Positions 53,464 through 64,000 of a stretch of DNA of 64,000 nucleotides are shown here, piece by piece (the stretch's first letter is position 1; every line of letters starts with the position of its first letter). This DNA comes from Paramecium tetraurelia (lineage: Eukaryota): the NCBI GenBank assembly GCA_000165425.1, contig CT868032.1:1-64000 (forward strand). The letters run 5' to 3'. The notes beneath the pieces are model-generated. The model was not told where the DNA came from. It saw only the letters and a program-made list of their open reading frames with translations, and did not search any database. A program made the position numbers and the translations under genes.

Positions 53464-54181
53464 AAATATAACAGCAAAATTCTAAATATATATTAATTAA
53501 GTATCAAAACACTCATGCTATTTAATACTGACCCAGCTGAATAAATCATTTTCCATTTAACTATCCCCCCACTCTCCTGCTTCATGCCACTCCTTCTGAA
53601 TAAAATGTATTATTCCCTACTTTGAACCAATTTCAACTTATCTCAATATGTACAATCTAAAGATTAATATTTATATTAAATACATGGTATATTGGTATTT
53701 TACTACATCAATCAAAGCATATATGTAGTATTTTAATAATTCATTATTATATCAATATATTATTTAATCTTACACAAAAATCACCTTAATATAACATAAT
53801 TCTAATTATCTTTCTAAGTTCCTCCTTTTATCTATTAGCATCAATTTAAACTCTACTTTTTCTTTAGATTTATTTTTTACAATTTGTTCCACTTAACTAT
53901 TAACTAACCTTTATTAATTAAAAAATGGGATTACCCTGACACTATTTTCTTCCCATCAATTGCACCCTAAGAATTTCCCATATTATAAAATTAAAAATAA
54001 TTGTATGTAATATCAAAATGGGAATAATGATACTATTGTGATTATTTCAAGAATTGAGAATCGAAAGAAGAGAGTTAGGTATATTATGAGATAATATAAT
54101 ATGTGAAAGAAATTAAAATATATAAATAATATAAATTATTAATGTAGAATAATTAAGGTGGTTAGAGTTTGCGAATTGAGA

Positions 54182-57100
54182 ATGGTGCTGATGATCGGCG
54201 ATTGGAGAGATTGGAAAGTACGTATTTTAATTTTGATTAGGTAGTCAAGCCAATTAATTCAAATATTTCGAGATTTAATTCAATGATGTAGGTGTGGAAG
54301 GAACATGAGATACCCGAGTGTCATTAGAAGTACTACTATAATGTGATATTGAAACATTAGCAATAAGCTGATGAATTGATGAGAATTGAAATTGACAGCA
54401 TCTCAACCAACAAAAGTGTGGTCAGAACTTTGCATCAGCTGACCATAGGGAGGGATAGGTGTCTGAAAGAAATATCCAGAACTAAGCAAGGGAATATTTC
54501 AGATTTCTTGAAAACAATTTCAAAATTTATTTATGATCTTCGCAAACTCACTTTGAATCTAATTGAATTCCATAGGAAATGGATGAATTCTCTGAACTCT
54601 AGGTTCGAGTACAACTACATCTGGAGAATCAAGGACAGAAATTATTTGCATTAAATAAAGGAAGATCATAAGTTCATACAGAATCACCATCCCAAGATGA
54701 GACAATATTTCTAATTCAGTGACGAGGACATCTTCTACCTGAGTGTCGTCAAACAAGCAGAATAAGACGACGAATAGAAGTACGAGCATTTGATGAAGCA
54801 CAAGATGGATAAGAAATACATTGAGAAGATGATAGATCTCCAGGAATACTTCAATAAGCAAATAAAAGATTACAAACCTGTGAATCTTGGGAATCCCTCC
54901 TCCTAAAATTCAGAAATGAATCATGCAGGTTCTCCAGGATTTTCAGGTAAAAAGAACATCAACTTGGGGAATTATGCAAGCAAAGTGATATACACAGCAG
55001 AGGACTTTCAGTTTAATTTGGTTTCGTATCCATATAAGGATTTGGAGGCAATACTCGAGAATTGGTCAGCTCAGAATGTACAAGAATTGAATGACAGTTT
55101 TAAATATCCAATTAATCACGTCAAAGACTTATTGATGTATTGGCAGGAGGCTGCCATTGTGAGAATCAATTAAAATGGACTGATACTATGTTCAATCGAT
55201 TAGGAGTTCAATGGAAGAAGGTGGATTTTGCATTAAATATATTTGTAAAAGGAAGTGTAATGGCAATAGAAATTGAATCTTGTGATTCAACATTTTATCA
55301 AAATGTTGATAATGTAAGGAGACTCTTTTACCTCATTGGCAATTTGCTGCAGCAATGATTAGTCTATCAAAAGAGTGTTGATTGATTTGAAATTCACATT
55401 CTCAAAGAACATAACATATAATCAATTTAATGTGGTCATTTATGAATAGAAAATCTAAAATGCTTAGCAACATAATAATCGAAGATATTACACTCCTCTG
55501 ACTTTGAGAATGCTCAGAATTTACGCAACCGAAACTGATTCAACTCTGATAACAAACGAGGAATTGCTTATTGCTTAATATTGTGCAAATCTTGGAAAGA
55601 ATTAAATTATCAAATTTGAAAACAACATCTTGGCATTGGCTCCATATTTGAGTGTAAGCATTAATATTAAAAATATTAGAAAAATAAATTGTATGGTCAA
55701 GACTATATGTTAATTTAGAAACCAGACGATGTGAAAAACAAATTCCAGATTGACTTCAGTTCTCCTGTTACCACTCCAGTCTATTTCCAACAATTCAATG
55801 TGAAACTCAATTTCAAATACTTCAGTAGTGAGTTCTATCGAAACAACACTCAGCCCTACCTTCGACTTACTGCTGTAATTATTAAATGCATTAATTATCA
55901 TAGCATCCGACCATGGATAAACAGGAACCCTCCATTCTGTAGTTAAATTCCTCGGAAAACTCTAACGGCGTGATTCATCTGATCTCCACCATTGACCCAT
56001 TTATCAAGATGTATTCAATTGTCACTCAAACAATAGATTCGTCATGGAAGTGCAATCCAATTAGATATTTTAATTCCAACATTCAAACCTTCATCAACCA
56101 AACCTTTGAGAAATTTGACAAGTAGCAGGAATGCCATCAGCATCTCTGGCTACCTCAATTCAAATGTAGTGGGAAGTAGCTCAAATTAAATGACACAAAT
56201 ATTGATGCCTACTTTCAAAATGATACCTATTTGTCAGTGACATATCCCAGGAATCCATCATTGCACACCAACAAATAGTTTAATGATGCAGATAAGATCA
56301 TATCGCCTCCATTTCTTTTTGGGATTGTGCAGAGTGATCTGGAATAAATAAATAAACCCTTATTCTCCATTCTGATAGACAAGTAGAATATCATCAAGAC
56401 ATCTGAAAAATTAACCAATAACAACGCTTCTCTTCCTGTCCCAGTTCAATTATAGCCGAAGGAAACTGAGTCTGTTCTCAGGGAGTTAATCAAAAACACA
56501 GATTAGGATATCAAGAGATCGTTTTGTTCGGATCCTGCCATTTTGATCTACAAATTAAATTATTCACTTGAATGTTCAGTGATTAATCTAAACATTGGCC
56601 ATGCAATTATCTACGTTGACGAGAATCATATCCTAGAGAAAAGGTGGGTCATTGAATCAATCATGGTTAACAATCTAAACAATTTGTCTCCATTGCTCAC
56701 CAAATTGATCGAATACATCTTCACTATTGATCCCTCAGCTAATGAAATCCAAATCTGTTAGGTAAGATATATATATAATGACATTAATTTAGAATCATTA
56801 CTAAGAGCAAGGAGAGTTGGTTGCAAATACCACTATAATGAATTCAATCAAAAAGGCTAAGTTCCGATGGAGACTAGTTGACAATGATGCCAAAACCCAA
56901 GTCAGAAGGACTATCTATTATCTTAAGCGATCCCTTGCAGAATTGTATCCTATTCGAATATGATTATGTAGTCCCAACAAAACACAAAACCAAGTCTCCA
57001 TTTAATTCAGATCCTACTATGCCACTCAGACGAGTGAAGTGAGAAACCAAATCCAAAATCATTTAGAATATCTTCACTCCTCCAATGTATAGTAATTCTT

Positions 57101-57876
57101 TGAGGATTGCTTCTAATGTCATGTCAATGGACAAGTCCCTGATTCCAACTCCTACCTCCAAAAGAAATTGCAATCCATCCAAGGCAAACTGCCTAATTCA
57201 GAATTCCTGAGTATTTAAACTCCTGAAGATCTTAGATCTTAAATCAAATTCTCAATCAATTTGCCTTCATTTGAGAGCAGATATTAGAAGGTATACGAAT
57301 AGACACATATCACCATTAGTTCGACTTGCTTCAAATGATTACGCAACTGAAGATCAAAAGGTAGAGACAAGTGAATTATAAAGATAAGACCTATTTAGAA
57401 ATACCCAATTACAATGGATTGCAATAGATATTTCAATCTGAGAATTATCAATTGAATTAGAAGATCTTCTTCATTGCTACTCAGGATCCCCTCTATTTCC
57501 TGTATTTTATAGAGTTGACCAATCAAACTTTGATTCAGCAGATTCAGAATGATCAACTCAGTGTGGTCAGCCAAGTTTCACAAGTACTTATAAATTATTT
57601 TGCAAGGCCTTCGTGACCAAATACCTAAGCAATCACTAATTGGTGTGGATTGAATAGTTTTAGAAAATCATTCCCATCCACCAAAAATAGAATTTCTTGT
57701 ACATTGATTTTGCACTGAATTCACAATTCTCAATCGAGCAATCTGTGATCATGGATGACGACTCTGCCCATTTGGAAGAAATCTATAAGATCAACTTGCC
57801 TCTGTTTTGTGGACTCTTGAACACCAATGTGAGAACCCTATTTGAGCGTCCATTGATAGGAATGATAATTGATTGA
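54182..57876 (+). CDS. Large multi-exon hypothetical protein (possibly more than one gene)
   Basis: Long table-6 frames joined by tiny introns, including LRKLTLNLIEFHRKW..YIWRIKDRNYL; ends ..FERPLIGMIID-TGA. Confidence 0.6.
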
Positions 57877-58062
57877 TTGATGATTAATCGATTTTTACTC
57901 AGAAATAAAACACCAGCATTGTAAAATATCCTCGTATTCTCAAATATCTACTCAGTATGTTATTTCGTATCCCAACTTCCATTGGTTTAACCAATACAAA
58001 TATACCAATTTTAGATCCTTTTGGTTTTATGTTAAATAAATCGTTAAATTAAAATTCAAAAA

Positions 58063-61000
58063 ATGAATGCACCCAAAGCCATTCCTTTCATAAAATACAT
58101 CAACAATCAATTCCAAGTGGATCCTCAAGCTGAATAATTTCTAACCTCCCTAGGATCAGAAAAACTGGGAGTTGTCTCCATTGTAGGCAAATATAGAACC
58201 GGCAAAAGTTTCTTCGTCAATCGAGTCCTTCTGAATCAACAAGCAGGAGGCTTCTCAGTGGGTCCCACCATAAATCCTTGCACCAAGGGTTTGTGGATCT
58301 GGAGTCAAACTATCACAGCCCAAAATGCTGAATTCCCAGATATGAAGGCCATCATCATCGATACTGAAGGATTCGGAGGCATGGATGAGAATGTCAATCA
58401 CGATACCAGGATATTCCTGTTCAGTCTCCTCTTGAGTAGTTACTTCATTTACAATTCTGTTGGTAACATCGATGAAAATGCCCTCAACACTTTGAATTTG
58501 ATAGTCAATCTTGCGAAGGTAATTGTAAATTCATAACAATTTATAGGACATTTAATAAAACAACGAAAATACATTCCCTCAATTCCTCTGGATCGTCAGA
58601 GATTTCGCACTTCAAATGGTCGACCAATAGGGAAACCCCATCAATCCAAAGCAATATCTGGAAAACAGCTTGGAATTGCTCAAGGGATTGTCTGACTCTG
58701 TCGAATAGAAGAATCGAATAAGGAGAATGATCAAACACTTCTTCAAAGAACGAGATTGTATGACGATGGTCAGACCAGTTGAGAGAGAGGAAGATCTCCA
58801 AAGATTGGACACTCTGCATGAAAACAGTTTCAGAGGAGAATTTGTGTAGCAATTGAAAGAGGCCAGATCTAAGATCTTCAAACGAGTTAGACCTAAGTCT
58901 GTTTAAGGAAGCATGGTTAATGGAATTTAGTTATTGCAATTGGCAAAGGCCTATGTTGATTTGATCAATGGAGGTAAGGTGCCAAATGTGGAATCTGCAT
59001 GGGGTTACGTATGCAAGGCTGAAGGAGAGAGAGCCCTCAGAGAATGCATTAACATGGCTGAATAATCTATTGAAAAGCTGAAGAATCAGGTGATCTAAGA
59101 CTTGCCTGCTGTCAAACAACAATTACTGGAATAGGTTAGGAAGTAATTCAGATTGAAAGCCATAGGATCTGAGGATGACCTCAAACAATTTACAGAGAAG
59201 TTAGCAGAATAATTTGAAGATAAATTCAAGGAACTCAAATAGAGCAATAAACGAAATCTCAAGGTATTTTTGAATTCGTTATTTAGAACCATCAATCCAA
59301 AGTTTTGTAGCCTCATATTGAAAATATTCTGGAGAAATTGAAGAATGACGAATTTTCCAACTATTATGAATTATAATCAGAAATGTTTAAAATTAGAGAT
59401 TAATTCCAGAAAGAGGTTGGCAGAAATTAACAGGTTTCTTAGTTATTTGATGAAATGAGTTTATAAATTTATCAATAGGCAGCTGAGAAACTCACCAGGA
59501 AGGCTTCCTAACAAACTAATTAAGAGAATAAACAGTTACAGTATAAAGTATAGAATTTGGAGAAGGAATTGAAGGCATTATAAGATGATAAGCATTAATT
59601 GGAATTGCAAGCTCATAGCAAATTGGAGAAGTTAAGTAAGGAGAATGAATTACTATCTAAAAGTGAATTACAACTTAAAACACAATTCTAATAAATTTAA
59701 CAATAGACACATTAAGTTCAATAATAGAGTCAACATCAAATACAATAACATGATAAATAATTAGCCTTAGTTACTCAAGAAAATGCGTTCTTGTAAAAAG
59801 AAATACAAAGCTTGAATGATAGATCTTCTCAATTGGACAATGAGAACAAGAAACTCAGATAAGAATTGATCACATAAAAAGCTGCCAATGAATAGTTATA
59901 ATAAAAGTGCCATTCTTTAGACTATGGAAGGGCTTAGGAGATACAAAAGTTGCAACTAGAATTCGAAAAAAAAATATAAGAATTGAATAATGATATCGAT
60001 TCAAAGAAATAAACTGCTAGATAACAAAGCGAATGGATGGTTGAAAAATCTTATTTAGAAAATTAAGTGACCTTCTTGAAGAGTTAGTTAGATGAAAACA
60101 AAAGATTGCATGATGCCCTATTAATTGCCTTGTAATGTAAGTATTACCATCTAATTTTAAGCTTAAAACAATCCAAGCAATGATTATTAGGAGTCAACTC
60201 TTGAACTCTTAGAAACCAACAGAAATCTCTCTGCTGCCATGGATAAAATGGAAATGAGATGCAAGTAATTAGAAGAAAAAGTCACTAAACTTAAAAAATT
60301 CAAAAAGATCTTCAAAAATAGTTCCAGTATTGTTTGCATAAATTGTAATAGACAATATTAAAGTAATGGATTTAGTTAACATTTATCAACTTGCATTGAT
60401 AATAATCCTTTGTAATCCAATAGTTTAAACTTAATAACGTATGAACAACGAATCTATAATAATAATAATAGTAATAACAATAATAAACAAATTAATCAAA
60501 TAAAAAAGCACACAATCAATCACTTAGTCATCCTCTACCACCTCCAATTGATTTAAGTCAATTGTAAATATCAATCAATCAAACCATGGTTAGAGAAACT
60601 CCTGATAATAAACCTTACACTGAATACATGATACGAGTGCAATATAATTTGAAGAAATGGACTATCTCCAGAAGATACAAAAACTTTTGTGAATTACATT
60701 AAGCTATCATTTAATAATATCCCAATTTGAAAATGCCAGAATCAAGTTCAGCCATCATCAATACAGCTGATATTGGCAGTGTATTTAATGCTAAGCGACC
60801 TACAGTCATTGAAGACAGAAGAAGAGCCTTACAATCATATATCAGAGATTTAGCTAAACTAGACCCAGTTAGAAATTCCACAGCTTATCGTAAATTCTTA
60901 GAATTAGACACTATAGATCAGGTTGAACAACCTAGCAGAAGCATGTCACAAAGTAAGATATATTTTTATAATTTTAGTGGGCTCACCCAAGAATGAAGGA

Positions 61001-61354
61001 CTTCAATCTTCTAGAGATTATGGAAGAGAATCTCTATCAGTTATGCCTAAACCATTTTGGAAATAGTCAACCTAATAAATTGCCATCGGTGCTTCCACTT
61101 CAAGGGAATAGAAATATGAAGACGTTCCTCCTTAGAATAACTATGCTAGATAGAAAGAAAATTAACCAACTTCATCTACCTCCAATTTAAACACCAAAAT
61201 TGACAGAAAATTGTTACCTTAATCACCTTAATCATTCCTAAAGGCATTTTAGAAATAATAAGAAAGTAAAATATTATTGTAATTAAAAGCTTCTAAAGTC
61301 TATAAGATGCATCATTAACATTCATTACTAGAAATATCAGGAGACATATAATGA
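58063..61354 (+). CDS. Guanylate-binding protein (GBP/atlastin-type GTPase) with coiled coil, Cys/His motif and PX domain
   Basis: GKYRTGKS, CTKGLWIW, IDTEGFG, LWIVRDF; CINC..HLSTC; PX: YTEYMIRV..WTISRRYKNFCELH..IEDRRRALQSYIRDL..YRKFLE. Confidence 0.92.
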
Positions 61355-62688
61355 TCCTATTTTTAATAAATTATTATTATTATTAAAACTCATTAGATTA
61401 TTATTTATAATCAACTTACTGTTAAATCCTGTTCAATATATCATCTACAAATATAATTGCTTTAGATTTTAATAGAAATTTTATGGTTTATGGTTTTAAT
61501 TTAATTTATCCTAATAATTTCTAAATTCTTTTAATTCAAAGTTATATTTTAGATCTCTGATATATAATTTGTACATTTAATAGTGATAGATATATTGCAT
61601 CTAGCTCTATTAAAGATGTTTTTATGAGTTTATTCCTCTCATTGTAATTTCCAAAAAGATAAGAATTTTTCGGATTTTAAGAACTGAATTATAATAATAG
61701 AATGTAATTATAAAATAATTTGATATATAAACCAAAAATTTGTAAAATATACAATTGAAATAATAATAATATTAATCCTAAGTCAAAATAGTGGTATTTT
61801 GTTAGAAAATCAGATCTTTCAGTTTTATTTTTTACTTAATGATTTAATACCAAAAAGATTACATTGCTAGAGATAATATTATAAGTGTTATAAAGTTATA
61901 AATCTTTATAATAATCTTTAAAAGAACAATAGTTTCAGATTATATATTTAAATTGAAACTATTGAAGATATTGATTAATTATTGGGATAATTTTTTTTAA
62001 AAGGTTTTATTGAAACAAAAAATAACATTTTGTAGCTTCAAATGAGTGTAGCTGAGAAAAGATTTAAGTAATAGATTTAAGATTGTAACAACCATTAATA
62101 AGTCTAGTAATTATAGTAATTAGATAAGCATAGGTATGTAAGAATGAAGAAAAAATCTCTCAGTTTTATCTGAATCTCCCATAAAGATAAACTAGGTTTT
62201 ATCTACCATAATATTAAATCTTTATGTATTAAATATAAACATACTGAACCTATAACTATATTTAACATGTTTTATTAAATGAAAATTTAATTTCTTTACC
62301 AATATTTAGAATTATATTATAATTTTTAATACTCAATTATTTCGCAATTAACATAATTAAATAAAATCTTTATTACATGCATATTTATTTCAATTTCTGA
62401 CATTCTAGAATTCAAGGATGATAAAAACTCTATTCACTGCATATGACTAGGAGTGTTGGTAAGAAAACGACAAACAAAGAACCAATCTTTTTAGGAGACC
62501 CATATATATAGGTACTTGGAATATCAAATGATAGTGTATTAGCATTAAAAATCAAATGATAGATATGAGTACATGATTATTTTAATGTATAGCGTAATAG
62601 CTAAGAAAAGATTACGTCAGAATTGGTGTTTTAGTTATCATTTTGGTTGATAATTCTGAATATAATTATATAAATTTTAAACAAATAG

Positions 62689-64000
62689 ATGCTGATATTT
62701 TCTATCTTGTCATATTTGGTTAGCGCAAAATTGCAAATCTTTATTGATGGGCAATCGAAGAATTTGAATTACTCGTTAGCAAATTTTGGACATATTCCAT
62801 ATGGACGCACATTGGGTGGATTTTTGATAGCACCCAAAGAAATCGAAGATAACTAGTTAGATCTATGCAACAAATCGAATCTCCAGCCATTATCAGATTA
62901 GGGGAATGTTTGGATTGTCGCCCGAATTGGGAATTGCTCAGCGACCACAAAAGTACATTCTATATCTTAATATTAGGCATATGTGGCACAGGAATTGGGA
63001 GCTCAGTTGTTGGTGATTATAAGTAACAAGGTGAGTTTGACCAACGGAATGGAGTTGAACAATGATGGGATGGGTTTCAAGGTGCATATCCCAACAATTG
63101 AGATTAGCAAATCGGATGGTGAATAAATATTAAAGGAAACTGCGAGTTCAGAGGATCCACGACAATATGCAATAATATCATTCAATGATTCAAAGAAAGT
63201 CGAAAAAGTATGCAACTTAAACATATATTACAGCCTGAAGTAATTTTGTTCATCACCCTTAATGATAAGGCAGGCTTTAAATTTATAAGGGAATTTCAGT
63301 AATACTATAAAATATTGGAGAAAAAGGTGAAGTTTTCCATAAGTTTTGAAGTAGAAGTGAACAAGAGAGATAAAAGATTGAATTTCACACAGCCAAACGA
63401 TCAATGCATGGGAGGTGGAAGATATTGCATGCAATCAAGGGGAGATGGTTAAGGTAGATTGATAATAGAGGAGCAATTGAGACAGCATTGTATTTGGATT
63501 AACAATGAAACTCAATGGTTTGAGTATATGGTAATAGAAAGTCTAAGAAAATTTAGGATTATTTCGATAAGAATTGTTTTAAGGTTCTAAATTACGCAGC
63601 CTGTTCGAGTGAGAGTTAGATAGCCTAACAGAAGGTAGTGAAGGATTGTGTGGAGAATTCGTATGAGAAGGACTCAAAAAAGGCAAAGGAATTAAAAGAA
63701 AACACAATAATGGATTATTGGGTCGGAAACAAATCATTAAGTGGAATAATATATTTCCCAGGAGTTCTAGTGAATGGCAAGCCTTACCATGGTAATTTGG
63801 AGGCTGAGAGTGTTACTGAGGACATATGCAGCAGTATGATTATAATGATATGATTTAGACATGTTGGATTAATCAGTTTGTTCGGCTTTGTAATAATCAG
63901 AAGATGATTCTCCAAATAGTGGAAGTGAAATCAATTGGGCTATGATTGCATTCGCAGTAGTGAGTTGTATACTTTTTGGTTTGTTCTTGTTTATGTGTTA
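62689..64000 (+). CDS. Vacuolar sorting receptor-like protein (PA domain, lumenal domain, TM); runs off the window
   Basis: Signal peptide, SLANFGHIPYGRTLGG, RIGNCSATTKAYVAQELGA, HIPTIEISKSDG, QCMGGGRYC, EQLRQHCIW, LVNGKPYHGNL..ICS, TM at the window end. Confidence 0.88.

Noticed and set aside
61400..62600. Possible gene between the GBP and receptor-like genes
   Set aside because: Low-complexity AT-rich frames with no recognisable motif or reliable start and stop.
551..63434. Many short hydrophobic ORFs in the track (e.g. 551-784, 34202-34441, 45759-45989, 63003-63224)
   Set aside because: Antisense or off-frame shadows of real table-6 genes.
24860..64000. Apparent membrane-trafficking cluster (dynamin, AP-2 sigma, GBP-PX, receptor-like)
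   Set aside because: The genes are dispersed among unrelated ones and belong to large families; chance co-location is sufficient.
1..64000. Telomeric repeats, tRNA/rRNA, transposase genes, retained IESs
   Set aside because: No C4A2/C3A3 arrays, RNA-gene motifs or DDE/RT motifs were seen; IESs cannot be called without a germline-soma comparison.

Overview
AT-rich eukaryotic DNA from a ciliate, most likely a Paramecium macronuclear scaffold. Long genes read through only if TAA/TAG encode Gln and TGA is the sole stop (table 6), and introns are tiny (about 20-31 nt, GT..AG), so the supplied standard-code ORF track fragments every gene. Positions 1 to ~23.9 kb form an accessory-looking zone with two 150-N gaps and many gene relics. 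It holds an intact WD40 gene, a TPR gene built from exact 102-nt one-repeat-per-exon cassettes, a degenerate Rho GTPase, and a tandem segmental duplication (offset ~7.2 kb) carrying two intronless processive GT2 (QxxRW) glycosyltransferases. Positions ~24-64 kb are gene-dense: dynamin-related protein, 3R-Myb, aldo-keto reductase/Kv-beta, a pseudokinase, a J-domain protein, a mini-antigen, a TOG-domain protein, a trichocyst matrix-like protein, SmB, WD40, AP-2 sigma, Aurora-like kinase, a GBP-PX fusion and a vacuolar-sorting-receptor-like gene. All models were translated by hand without databases, so coordinates of hypothetical genes are approximate. Best leads are the modular TPR exon array and the duplicated GT2 synthase.
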